Position numbers and translations under genes: made by a program. Of a stretch of 64,000 nucleotides of DNA, positions 1-9,216 are shown one piece after another (the first letter of the stretch is position 1; each line of letters starts with the position of its first letter). Where the stretch lies: positions 165,609-229,608 of the forward strand of contig CAYYWQ010000001.1 in NCBI GenBank assembly GCA_964474825.1. Direction: 5' to 3'. The notes below the pieces were generated by a model, which was not told where the DNA came from, searched no databases, and was given only the letters and a program-made list of their open reading frames with translations. The stretch is from an uncultured Candidatus Saccharibacteria bacterium. GTDB taxonomy: Bacteria > Patescibacteriota > Doudnabacteria > UBA920.

Positions 1-1
1 G

Positions 2-154
2 TTGGGGCAGGAACTGCATGGTCCGTCCGACGAAATGCATATTAATAGAACCCAGGTTTTATTTTATGAAGACCTAAAGACCGACGGCAAAGTGGTGCAG
101 GCAATTCAACAATATAAGCTTGACCCGAACGCCGCCTCTGTTCCGACAAAGTAA
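2..154 (+). CDS. 3' end of an unidentified upstream CDS (partial; ...QAIQQYKLDPNAASVPTK*)
   Basis: Open frame from the window edge to TAA at 152-154; too short to identify. Confidence 0.3.
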   Translation: MGQELHGPSDEMHINRTQVLFYEDLKTDGKVVQAIQQYKLDPNAASVPTK

Positions 155-195
155 AAATCTCTGTCGTTTGAGCTTTTTTGCTCCGTGAAACATAT

Positions 196-232
196 AAAAA
201 CCCTTCAACTTTTTTTGAAGGGTTTTTTATTG
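196..232. terminator. Intrinsic terminator hairpin (aaaaacccttcaa...ttgaagggttttt) with flanking T/A runs; bidirectional
   Basis: Perfect 11-bp inverted repeat with T-run, seen directly. Confidence 0.6.
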
Positions 233-333
233 CATTTTTTTCTCAGTTATGCTATAATGAATTTACATAGATAAGGAAATCCCAAAAAATTTAGCCAAAA
301 TAGCTAATTTTTTTTGTAGAAACAAAAATACAA

Positions 334-3300
334 ATGAATCAAAAAATTTATAAGCTCCTGGGGGCTTGGACAGCTTGCATGCTGGCCATTATATTAATTG
401 GTTTTCAATCCAGTAGCTTTGACAGCTATACGAGTGTTTTAATTTCTGACAGTCCGCAGCTGCATCCAAAAGTTTTAGGAATAACTACAATTGTTTTGCA
501 GCAAGGTTTAAATAGCTACTCCGGCACCGTGGACAGGCAAGTTGGGGGAGCGAGCAATGCCGCGTTTTCCAGTGTGGCCGCGCCTTCAGTTTTTTTGTTT
601 CGCTATGGCGCCCCAAGCAGTTCTGCCAATACCCGTTACAATTATTTGTTGTGGTTTGACGTTTCTTCGATTCCTTCCGATGCCGTTGTTCAATCCGCCA
701 CCTTAACTTTAAAGTCCGGCACCGTGTACGTCCCTGCTACGGTACACGTAAAAAAAATAATTGACCCCAATAATTTAGGGTCACCCTTTACGCAAGGATG
801 GTCAATTGAGGGCAACGCTAATACCACCCAGTTTCGGGTTGGAGGCAATGCGGCGTTCCGAAACCAAACCGGGAGCAGTGCCGGGGTAAAATGGACTACC
901 GCCGACTCCGTAGATGAAAACACTCACATTGAAAATGCGACCGCGGCTGAAGAATCCGGCGCGGCAACAACCTGGAGCAGCAATCAAACTTTTTATGACC
1001 ATGTGGTTACCCAAAGTGTCCAGTCTTGGATTAGCGGTTCTGCCGCTAACCAGGGTTTTTTAATTTACGCGGACGACACTGCCAACATCCAAAACAATCA
1101 CAGCGTGCAAGATGTTACTTTAGACAACCGCCCGAAGCTTACCATTATTTATAGTTCTTCTGCTTCCGTGGCCCCAACTCCTACTCCAACACCAACACCA
1201 ACGCCCACGCCAACACCTACGCCGACCCCAACTCCAACACCTTCCGGAGGCTCCGGAATTAGTCCGGTGTCCAATTCTTCATTTGAAGGTTTTGGTACCA
1301 ACAGTGGGGGAGTGTCTGGCAGTGTTGTCTGGGTTACTAACTTAAACAACAGTGGTGCAGGTTCCCTGCGCGACGCAGTCGCGAATGGCAGGAGTAATGT
1401 TTTGGTGAAATTTTCCGTAGCCGGGACAATTAATTTATCTACGGACTTAGTAGTCACGGGAAACCACGTAACTATAGACGGATTTTCTGCTCCCGCTCCC
1501 GGCATAACAGTTACCGCGACTGACAATGTTTTTGTCATTTCCGGTAACCCCCAAGGTCCGGATTCCACGGGTTCCAATATTGTAATTCAGGGATTAAAAA
1601 TAAGGAGCCCAGGGGGTGACGGTTTCCAAATTGCTTATAATGCCCACGACATAGTAATTGACCATAACTCCATTTATAACACCGGTGACGGTAATGTGGA
1701 TGTTACGGAAGGGGCTTATAATGTAACGGTGTCTTGGAACATAATGTATAAAAGCGGGCCCGGGGCTTCACTCCTCTCGACTGACGCTTCCAGGGTTTCC
1801 TACCATCATAATATTTTTTACGGCAATACGGACCGCAACCCCATAATCACCTCAACCAAAACGCGCAATTATTCAACCGGTCCGGCGCATACCGGCCCTG
1901 AGGCGGATATTCGCTATAACATTATGTGGGATTATGGTATTGGTACTTACTTCCTTTCCACTACAGATTCTTTAGCCACCGGAAATTCCGTGGCCAATTT
2001 GTATAAAAATAACGGCGTAACTAATCCCAGCGATGTCATTGTAAGGGCCCGTTTGTCGGGTACTGTTAATACCAACCGGGCGGATGTTTACGTTGCGGGG
2101 AACGTTTGCGTGCATGATTGCCGTGGTACAGCCTATTCTTACAACAATCTGGATGCGGCCTTTGCTTTTCTTACTGCGAACTCCCAGAACAACCAGTCCG
2201 CGGCCTTTACCGCGCCGACTATTTCCGGTCCTGCCGCCGGAGACCAGCAGGGTAAAATAACAGAATGGACAAAAGTTAAAAATGAGGCCGGAGTCGGTTT
2301 GATGTTTGCCGATGACGCCCCTGACGCAATTGTCCACTCCAATGTCTCAATTCCCGCAGCCACAATTTTTACTCAAACTTGGAACAGTGACTCTGGTTCC
2401 GTAGTTTCGCCCACTCCTACTCCCACCCCAACGCCGACTCCTACACCTACCGCAACCCCCACGCCGACCCCAACACCAAATCCGACCCCTACCCCGGACA
2501 TTACCGCCCCTGTTTTTTCCAATTTAGTCGGTAGTAATATTTTAACTACCTCTGCCGTGATTTCCTGGATAACAAACGAATCTGCGGACACTCAAGTGGA
2601 ATATGGGAAAACCACTTCTTACGGATCCTCTACGGTACTGGGTTCCTCTTTAATATTAAATCACTCAGTAACACTACTCGGTCTTTCGCCGAGTACCCTA
2701 TATCATTTTCGGGTAAAGTCCAGGGACGGCAGCGGTAACTTAGCCGTGTCAGCGGATTTTTCCTTTACAACCCAAGTCTTGGTAATCCCAACTCCCACAC
2801 CAACGCCCACTCCTACTCCAACTCCGGGACCAGGATCTCCAACCCCAACACCTACTCCAGGTTCGGGATCGCCAACCCCGACCCCGACCGCAGTCCCAAC
2901 AACTGCCCCCACAACTGGGTCTTCCGGTGGAGGCGGGGGGTCTTATGGCGGCGTGTCTGTTCCCACTACTATAGTTTTCATTCCGCCTTCCACCACGGTT
3001 TCCATGCCTCCGGTTTCAAACGGCACTACCAGCTCAGGCCTTAAGCTTGTAAACGACAAAGGAACTTATTATTTAATTCAAGATGGTAAACGCCAGGGCA
3101 TTACTAATCCGGGTATGCTTTATAGTTATGGCTTTAGTTTTAGCGACGCGAAACCGGCCACAGTCCAAGACCAGGCGTTGCCGGAAGGCGGCTTAATTTC
3201 GCCCGCGGACGGCAGTCTGGTTAAGAGCAAAGAAGACCCCACTGTCTATTTAATTTCCAATGCCCAAAGGTATGCCTTTGTGTCAGCCCAAGTCTTCACA

Positions 3301-3594
3301 GATTTAGGCTTTAAGTTTTCCTCAGTTTTAGTTGTCACTAATCCGGAATTGCAAATACTTTCCAGGGCTAACAATTTATCAAACTCCGCCCTTGCCCACC
3401 TTCCGGGTTTTGACATTAACCAAAGCGGCACTATTTACTGGATAGGTTACGACGGCAAAAAATATCCTTACCCGTCCCTACAAGTCTACAACTCCTGGCA
3501 CATAGACAATGACTTTAGCAGGGTTGTCCCTGCGAATGATGCAGATAAAAATATTCCTACAGGAGACAAGGTAAGTGAGAGGGTAGTGGAGTGA
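334..3594 (+). CDS. Giant secreted/cell-surface protein. Domains: N-terminal signal/TM, DNRLRE-like domain, right-handed parallel beta-helix (pectate-lyase-like) domain, FN3-like domain, conserved ~190-aa C-terminal domain, all joined by (PT)n linkers
   Basis: N-terminal hydrophobic segment. 'YLLWFDVSSIPSDAVVQSATLTLK...DNRPKLTIIY' fits the DNRLRE domain pattern. Beta-helix repeats 'IVIDHNSIYNTGDGNVDV...VSWNIMY'. FN3-like 'PDITAPVFSNL...LYHFRVKSRDGSGN'. PTPTPT linkers. Confidence 0.75.
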   Translation: MNQKIYKLLGAWTACMLAIILIGFQSSSFDSYTSVLISDSPQLHPKVLGITTIVLQQGLNSYSGTVDRQVGGASNAAFSSVAAPSVFLFRYGAPSSSANTRYNYLLWFDVSSIPSDAVVQSATLTLKSGTVYVPATVHVKKIIDPNNLGSPFTQGWSIEGNANTTQFRVGGNAAFRNQTGSSAGVKWTTADSVDENTHIENATAAEESGAATTWSSNQTFYDHVVTQSVQSWISGSAANQGFLIYADDTANIQNNHSVQDVTLDNRPKLTIIYSSSASVAPTPTPTPTPTPTPTPTPTPTPTPSGGSGISPVSNSSFEGFGTNSGGVSGSVVWVTNLNNSGAGSLRDAVANGRSNVLVKFSVAGTINLSTDLVVTGNHVTIDGFSAPAPGITVTATDNVFVISGNPQGPDSTGSNIVIQGLKIRSPGGDGFQIAYNAHDIVIDHNSIYNTGDGNVDVTEGAYNVTVSWNIMYKSGPGASLLSTDASRVSYHHNIFYGNTDRNPIITSTKTRNYSTGPAHTGPEADIRYNIMWDYGIGTYFLSTTDSLATGNSVANLYKNNGVTNPSDVIVRARLSGTVNTNRADVYVAGNVCVHDCRGTAYSYNNLDAAFAFLTANSQNNQSAAFTAPTISGPAAGDQQGKITEWTKVKNEAGVGLMFADDAPDAIVHSNVSIPAATIFTQTWNSDSGSVVSPTPTPTPTPTPTPTATPTPTPTPNPTPTPDITAPVFSNLVGSNILTTSAVISWITNESADTQVEYGKTTSYGSSTVLGSSLILNHSVTLLGLSPSTLYHFRVKSRDGSGNLAVSADFSFTTQVLVIPTPTPTPTPTPTPGPGSPTPTPTPGSGSPTPTPTAVPTTAPTTGSSGGGGGSYGGVSVPTTIVFIPPSTTVSMPPVSNGTTSSGLKLVNDKGTYYLIQDGKRQGITNPGMLYSYGFSFSDAKPATVQDQALPEGGLISPADGSLVKSKEDPTVYLISNAQRYAFVSAQVFTDLGFKFSSVLVVTNPELQILSRANNLSNSALAHLPGFDINQSGTIYWIGYDGKKYPYPSLQVYNSWHIDNDFSRVVPANDADKNIPTGDKVSERVVE

Positions 3595-3596
3595 CC

Positions 3597-3714
3597 TCTC
3601 TACTAAATACTAAAATAACTAAAAATACTAAAGCTATAATATTCCATATTACTATAATTTCTGGTTTCGTATTTAGTACATTTAGTCTACTTTAGTATTT
3701 AGTAGAAATAATTT
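3597..3714. repeat. Palindromic intergenic repeat, family A, coreless copy: ctactaaatactaaa...tttagtatttagtag inverted termini
   Basis: Termini are reverse complements. The same termini recur at 44891-44908, 50878-51012 and 58144-58272. Confidence 0.7.
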
Positions 3715-3715
3715 T

Positions 3716-6700
3716 ATGGATAAAATTATAAAAACCAACATGCATCCAAGAATAAAAATCCTAGCAGCTTTTGCCGGCACCTTGTTAGTCATGCTTATGC
3801 TCGGAGTGCAAACTTCGGACACCCTTTTGTATGTTGATAATATTTTAACTTCTACTGAATTAAACCAGCAGGGGAGAGTGTTAGGAGTTCAAACTGTAAC
3901 TTTTCAGCAGGGCAATAACGGCTACAGCGGTAATACTTCTGTGCAAATTTTTGGCCGGGCTCAGAACATTGGATATGACTACCAAACGTATAGGTATACC
4001 GGTTCCCTGCGTTATTATAATTTTGAACATTTTAATTTAGGAAATACTTCGTCATGGCAAAATGTTGTAAGCGCTAAGCTTAAACTGTATCGCACAGGGG
4101 GAAATGTTTATGCTCCTGCGGGAGTAAAAGTTTATTTAAGAAGAATAAATGACCCCGACAATTTAGGTTCTTCTTACGCAACCGGTTGGAAGGTAACGGC
4201 TGCGGACGGTTACCGAAACGGGGCTAACCAGGAATCTCGGGACGACTCCGTTAGTCCCGATGTTAAGTGGCAAAGTTCTGATCCAAGTTCCCCCGATGAT
4301 TTAGGCAATGACTATCTTCAAAATGTTTTAAAGCCCCTGGCCCAGTCTCCGTATTTTGTTCCAGCGCAGTCCGACCCTGTTGGCACCGAGTATATTTTGG
4401 ACGTTACGGACGATGTGGAATGTTTTAGGAGCGGGAATTGCAAAAACGAAGGTTGGACAACATATCATGAGGACGCGGCTAACATCCAAAATTTTATTGG
4501 CAACTCTCGGGCTGCTACGGCCAGTTACCGTCCATTGCTTGAGGTAACATTTACCAGTGGTGTTGTTTCCCCGACCCCGACGCCCACACCAACGCCAACA
4601 CCGACCCCAACTCCTACAGTAACACCAACTCCAACTCCCACTCCCACAGCAACCCCCACCGCATCGGTAACCCCAACCCCGACGCCTACAATTATTAGTA
4701 GTAGCGGTTTTTGGTATATTCGTCCAGACGGCGGCGACAGAAGCCAGTGTAACGGGCAAGTGGACGCATCATACCCGGGCAGCGGCACAAACCAGCCTTG
4801 CGGCTTTAAACACCCAAACTATCTTTTCACTACTGATCCCGGTGTCGGCCAGCCCGCAGAAATACCGACTTGGGTTATCGCGGGAGGGGATACTGTTATT
4901 ATTAAAAGAGGCGAATACCGAATCGGTTTTAAAATAAACGAAATCAAAGGCCACTGGAACTTTAAAGGTTGTCCTGGTGACGCCCCTAATTGTTTTAATC
5001 CCACTATTCCTGGCGGAACTGTTCAGAAACCGACTCGGATTTTAGGGGAAGGTTGGCAAAATCCTGATTCAGTAAAACCAAAATTAATGGGGGGAGTTTG
5101 GGTTGGCGCGGTTTTAAACCTAAAAGGAGCAAAAAATGTGGTAGTTGAAAATTTGGAAATCTCAGATTATGCACAATGCACTCCTACATCAAGCGGCCCC
5201 GATTTGTGTGTCCGCAGCGGCTTTCCCAAAAGCGACGCCGGACAAAACGGTATTGTTATAGACGCAAACACCGATAACCTAACATTACGTAATTTGAATA
5301 TCCACGGGCTTGCATCGGGTGGAATTTTTGGAGCTAATGCGGGTACTATAACAGCTGAAAATGTGCGTATTGCCGGTATTTCAAGTGGTGGTTGGAACTC
5401 CGATGATCCGGGTGATACATATGTAACCGGTACCCTAAATATAAAAAACCTACTATTAGAGTGGAGCGGCTGTGTGGAAGAATACCCTATAAGGAGCGCT
5501 TTGCCTTACTACAAATGTTATGACCAAGGCCATACTGGTTTTGGAGATGGCTTTGGTATTTTGGTTGGTGAAGGGGCCAAAATAAATATCGACCGTTCTG
5601 TTATACGCAATAATGTCCAAGATGGATTGGATATTCTTTATGTGCAAGGTAAGACCCCGGAAATAAAAATTACAAACTCCGCGTCTTACGCCAATGGTGG
5701 CCAGCAATGGAAATTTGGCCCGTTTAAAAAAGTGGATTTCTACAATAATTTAACCATCTCTAATTGTCGTCGAGGCGCCGAGGGTATGCCTGGACTGCCT
5801 GCAACTTTCAACGAAAATTTCACCGAATATTGCCGGGCTTTTGATGGGGTAATTTTAGCCTTCAAAGATGACGGCGTGGTAAATTGGTATAACAATACCT
5901 TTGTTGGCTATAATTCAACTATTTTTGACCTTCAGAGTGAAGTGGCTAATGAGGTATTTGATTCAAACGGAAGGCGTGGCGTGCTGCCAATAAAATCATC
6001 CACCATTTCTTCCAGTATAGAAAGATTGTTTCCTGACCCAAGTATAAAGCCGGATGGTAAACGTAAAACTTTTGACCTAAGCTATCTTCCTTTTGATATT
6101 ACCTATGCGGGGGTCAAGGTTAATGGAGTCAATCAAACTTCTGGAGAGCCAGGAAAGGACGCGTCGGCCGTGTGGTGGTGGAGCCCAGCAACTAAAACTC
6201 TCACTCAGGATCCTTCCGCTCCGGCTCTTGCCTCCAACGATGTCTTGTCTGTGATCTACACCCCTAAAGGATGGGCTGATAATGCCCGCTTTAATTATGG
6301 CAATAATATTTTCCGTGGCTATACCCGTTTGTTCAATACGTTGGTTCCTCCCAATTTGTTTTATACTTTTGGTGTAGACTTGGATAAGCTTATGCCTGCA
6401 ACGACCCGTAGAAAAAATTTAATTTGCGGTGTTCGTACGGTGGGCTGGAAGCCCGCGGCGGAAGAAACTTATTTAACCAGTTGCCCTGGAACGTGGCTAA
6501 AAAACGAACCGATGTCATTCACTAAAGAAAGTGATTTGGATGTTTTGGATTTAAGGTGGGCTGCCAATTCACCGGCAAAAGGCGCGGGGATTGACCTTGG
6601 TATTGGCCTTGGGCCAAATATTGGTGCCAACGTAGATTTGGTCGTTGCAAGTTTTCCTCCGTCTCCAACCCCCACCCCCATAGTAACCCCAACCCCTTCA

Positions 6701-7795
6701 TCAACTCCTACCCCCACACCAACCCCAACTCCCACTCCCACATCTATCCCAACTCCAACCCCGGACATCACTGCTCCTGTAATCTCTAACCTAAGAGGTA
6801 GTTTAATTACTTCCTCTTCTGCAGTCATTTCCTGGAATACCAATGAGAATTCGAACACTCAGGTAGAATATGGATTAACCAATAGTTATGGAGCCTCTAG
6901 TTCCCTGGTTACTTCACTAGCCCTTGGTCATTCAGTAACCCTCATAGGATTATCTCCTAATACTTTGTATCACTTTAGGGTTAAATCTAAAGACGGTGCT
7001 GGTAATTTAGCAGTATCTGCAGACTTTAGCTTTACCACAGAAGCTACAGTTGTTCCCACCCCAACTCCTTCAGTTACACCAACCCCAACTCCTACTGTTA
7101 CTACTAGCCAAGACCCAAATGCTACTCCCACCCCAACCCCAGTCCCAACAGTAACTCCAACCCCTGTGCCAACCCCCACTCCTAAAGTCATTGTCTTCAT
7201 CCCTCCTGCTACTATTCCTTCACAGATTGTATCCACTAGGTTCAAACTAATAGACCAAAAAGGTACGTTCTATGTAGTGGCAGATGGAGAGCGAAGGGGA
7301 GTAACTAACCCTGGCATGCTCTACAGCTATGGCTTAAGCTTTGCCGATGCCAAACCAGCCACAGAAGCAGAACAAACTTTTCCTGAAGCAGGGTTGATTC
7401 TTCCGGCTGACGGCAGTTTAGTTAAAAGCCAAGAAGACCCAACGGTTTACCTCATCACCCAGGGACAAAGATTTGCTTTTGTTTCAGCCAAAGTCTTCTT
7501 AGGTCTTGGCTTTAAGTTTAACTCTGTATTAGTTGTTACCAATCCTGAGCTTCAGTCTATGGCAAAGGCAGACAACTTAACTAATGAAGCCATGCCTCAC
7601 CCTTCAGGCTTTGACATTAACGACAAAGGAACTGTCTACTGGATAGGTTATGACGGCAAGAAGTACCCTTACCCGTCCCTTTCTGTTTACAACTCCTGGC
7701 ACATAGACAATGACTTTAGCAGGGTTGTTCCTGCTAACACGGCAGATCGTAATCTCCCTACGGGAGAGAATGTTAGTGAGAGGGTAGTGGAGTAG
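3716..7795 (+). CDS. Giant secreted/cell-surface protein, paralog of 334-3594, with the same domain order (DNRLRE-like, beta-helix, FN3-like, conserved C-terminal domain, PT linkers)
   Basis: C-terminal ~190 aa nearly identical to the upstream paralog (KLxxxKGTxY...YNSWHIDNDFSRVVPAN...SERVVE). FN3 block 'PDITAPVISNL...LYHFRVKSKDGAGN'. Beta-helix repeats. PT linkers. Confidence 0.75.
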   Translation: MDKIIKTNMHPRIKILAAFAGTLLVMLMLGVQTSDTLLYVDNILTSTELNQQGRVLGVQTVTFQQGNNGYSGNTSVQIFGRAQNIGYDYQTYRYTGSLRYYNFEHFNLGNTSSWQNVVSAKLKLYRTGGNVYAPAGVKVYLRRINDPDNLGSSYATGWKVTAADGYRNGANQESRDDSVSPDVKWQSSDPSSPDDLGNDYLQNVLKPLAQSPYFVPAQSDPVGTEYILDVTDDVECFRSGNCKNEGWTTYHEDAANIQNFIGNSRAATASYRPLLEVTFTSGVVSPTPTPTPTPTPTPTPTVTPTPTPTPTATPTASVTPTPTPTIISSSGFWYIRPDGGDRSQCNGQVDASYPGSGTNQPCGFKHPNYLFTTDPGVGQPAEIPTWVIAGGDTVIIKRGEYRIGFKINEIKGHWNFKGCPGDAPNCFNPTIPGGTVQKPTRILGEGWQNPDSVKPKLMGGVWVGAVLNLKGAKNVVVENLEISDYAQCTPTSSGPDLCVRSGFPKSDAGQNGIVIDANTDNLTLRNLNIHGLASGGIFGANAGTITAENVRIAGISSGGWNSDDPGDTYVTGTLNIKNLLLEWSGCVEEYPIRSALPYYKCYDQGHTGFGDGFGILVGEGAKINIDRSVIRNNVQDGLDILYVQGKTPEIKITNSASYANGGQQWKFGPFKKVDFYNNLTISNCRRGAEGMPGLPATFNENFTEYCRAFDGVILAFKDDGVVNWYNNTFVGYNSTIFDLQSEVANEVFDSNGRRGVLPIKSSTISSSIERLFPDPSIKPDGKRKTFDLSYLPFDITYAGVKVNGVNQTSGEPGKDASAVWWWSPATKTLTQDPSAPALASNDVLSVIYTPKGWADNARFNYGNNIFRGYTRLFNTLVPPNLFYTFGVDLDKLMPATTRRKNLICGVRTVGWKPAAEETYLTSCPGTWLKNEPMSFTKESDLDVLDLRWAANSPAKGAGIDLGIGLGPNIGANVDLVVASFPPSPTPTPIVTPTPSSTPTPTPTPTPTPTSIPTPTPDITAPVISNLRGSLITSSSAVISWNTNENSNTQVEYGLTNSYGASSSLVTSLALGHSVTLIGLSPNTLYHFRVKSKDGAGNLAVSADFSFTTEATVVPTPTPSVTPTPTPTVTTSQDPNATPTPTPVPTVTPTPVPTPTPKVIVFIPPATIPSQIVSTRFKLIDQKGTFYVVADGERRGVTNPGMLYSYGLSFADAKPATEAEQTFPEAGLILPADGSLVKSQEDPTVYLITQGQRFAFVSAKVFLGLGFKFNSVLVVTNPELQSMAKADNLTNEAMPHPSGFDINDKGTVYWIGYDGKKYPYPSLSVYNSWHIDNDFSRVVPANTADRNLPTGENVSERVVE

Positions 7796-7804
7796 AAAAA
7801 TAAA

Positions 7805-7838
7805 AAAATCCCCGTCACATATGTGACGGGGATTTTAA
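7805..7838. terminator. Bidirectional intrinsic terminator (ccccgtcacatatgtgacgggg) between the giant protein gene and rplT
   Basis: Perfect 9-bp stem with flanking A/T runs. Confidence 0.7.
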
Positions 7839-7843
7839 ATATT

Positions 7844-8191
7844 CTACTTAACTAAACTTTTTACCATTTTGTCGAACTCTGTTGGGTATTGGACAGCAAG
7901 TTCGGCAAGCATTTTGCGGTTAATGAGAATGTTTTCTTTTTTCAAAAGTCCGGCAAACTTGCTCCAAGTGGTTCCGTTTTCTCTTAATGCGGCGTTGGTT
8001 CTAATGAGCCAAAGAGCACGGAAGTCGCGTTTCTTGTTGCGACGGTCGCGGTAGGCGTATTTGTCGGCATGAAGTAACGCTTCCCGGGCTAAAGGAAAAT
8101 TAGTAGAGCGGCGGTTGTCAAAACCCTTGGCTCTCTTAAGTAAATTTTTTCTGCGTTTGTGTGCGGCAACTCCGCGTTTGATTCTTGTCAT
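7844..8191 (-). CDS. rplT: 50S ribosomal protein L20
   Basis: MTRIKRGVAAHKRRKNLLKRAKGF... is a canonical L20 N-terminus; last gene of the infC-rpmI-rplT operon. Confidence 0.9.
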   Translation of the reverse strand: MTRIKRGVAAHKRRKNLLKRAKGFDNRRSTNFPLAREALLHADKYAYRDRRNKKRDFRALWLIRTNAALRENGTTWSKFAGLLKKENILINRKMLAELAVQYPTEFDKMVKSLVK

Positions 8192-8265
8192 ATGGTTAGC
8201 TGGTAGCTTGTAGGGGGTAGCTGGTAGGCCTGCATTGCTACAGACTACTAACTACTTCCTACTGG
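8192..8265 (-). repeat. Intercistronic structured repeat, copy 1 (rpmI-rplT spacer)
   Basis: About 70 nt nearly identical to the 8461-8534 spacer (ggtagcttgtag...ctacaagctac inverted repeats). Confidence 0.6.
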
Positions 8266-8460
8266 CTACTTGTAGGGAATTATACTCTTTAATTTATTGT
8301 GGCTTTTGTGGAGCAGTTGGTCACGGCGTTTGTTGGTAGTGGTTTTGCCGGATTCGCGGGAATTAAAATGACCCTGGCCTGTTGATCTTGCAATCAATTT
8401 TCCGGTCTTGGTCTTCTTTATTCTCTTGGCTGTTCCTTGGTGGGTTTTAACTTTGGGCAT
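8266..8460 (-). CDS. rpmI: 50S ribosomal protein L35
   Basis: MPKVKTHQGTAKRIKKTKTGKL... canonical L35. Confidence 0.9.
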   Translation of the reverse strand: MPKVKTHQGTAKRIKKTKTGKLIARSTGQGHFNSRESGKTTTNKRRDQLLHKSHNKLKSIIPYK

Positions 8461-8534
8461 AGTTTTAGTTGGTAGCTTGTAGTGAGTAGCTGGTAGGCCT
8501 GTATTGCTACAAGCTACTAACTACTTCCTACTGG
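8461..8534 (-). repeat. Intercistronic structured repeat, copy 2 (infC-rpmI spacer)
   Basis: Near-identical to 8192-8265. Confidence 0.6.
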
Positions 8535-9041
8535 CTATTTAGTTGGTGCTATTGTTATGCTCCAGGTGCCGCCCATTCTTTTAACCGGGACGTCTACTCT
8601 GTGAGCCACTGTTACCATTTTAATAAATTTTTCCAATTGCTGTTTTCCTAAGTCTCCAAAAGCCTGTTCACGGCCGCGCATACGGAGTTCTATTTTAACC
8701 ACATTGCCGTCTGCCAAAAATTCCATAACTTTGGCGGCTTTAATTCCCATGTCGTGTTCGCTTATGCGTACACTAATCCAAATGGTTTTAAGCTCTACCT
8801 TTTTGGCGTTCTTTTTTTGCTGTTGTTCCAGCTTCTTTTGCTGATAGCGGAACTTGGCAAAATCTATAAGTTTGCAAACAGGCGGGTTAGCTAAGGGCGA
8901 TACTTCCACTAAATCTAGCCCATTTTCCTGGGCTAAAGTCAGCGCTTCGCCTAAACGCATAACGCCAATCTGTTTGCCGTCGTCGCTTATAACTCGGACG
9001 TCGCCGGCTTTAATTTGATGGTTAACTCGGGTCTTTTGCAA
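8535..9041 (-). CDS. infC: Translation initiation factor IF-3 (true start may be a non-AUG codon)
   Basis: VRVISDDGKQIGVMRLGEALTLAQENGLDLVEVSPLANPPVCKLIDFAKFRYQQ... canonical IF-3. Confidence 0.9.
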   Translation of the reverse strand: MQKTRVNHQIKAGDVRVISDDGKQIGVMRLGEALTLAQENGLDLVEVSPLANPPVCKLIDFAKFRYQQKKLEQQQKKNAKKVELKTIWISVRISEHDMGIKAAKVMEFLADGNVVKIELRMRGREQAFGDLGKQQLEKFIKMVTVAHRVDVPVKRMGGTWSITIAPTK

Positions 9042-9068
9042 AGTTTTTGTCTTTAAGACTTGTATAAC

Positions 9069-9097
9069 ATTCTAGCAATTATAAGGATTTTTGTCAA
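9069..9097 (-). promoter_or_regulatory. Sigma70-like promoter of the infC operon (TTGACA-17-TAGAAT on the minus strand)
   Basis: Consensus -35 and near-consensus -10 with 17-nt spacer read from sequence. Confidence 0.5.
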
Positions 9098-9216
9098 ACC
9101 CCGTAGAATCACATGGCAAACTATTTGTTATCAAAGTTAAACTTTCAGTTACCTTTTTCTATATAAATAAAATTTTGTGTACCGCTGGATTGCCATGTAG
9201 CTCTACGGGGCAAAGG

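Noticed and set aside
1149-1577. Antisense ORFs translating to GVGVGVGV... inside the giant genes (1149-1577, 2373-2591, 2703-2912, 4525-4788, 6469-6858, 6970-7245 and others)
   Set aside because: They are the reverse complement of the (PT)n-encoding repeats, so they are low-complexity artefacts inside strongly supported sense CDSs.
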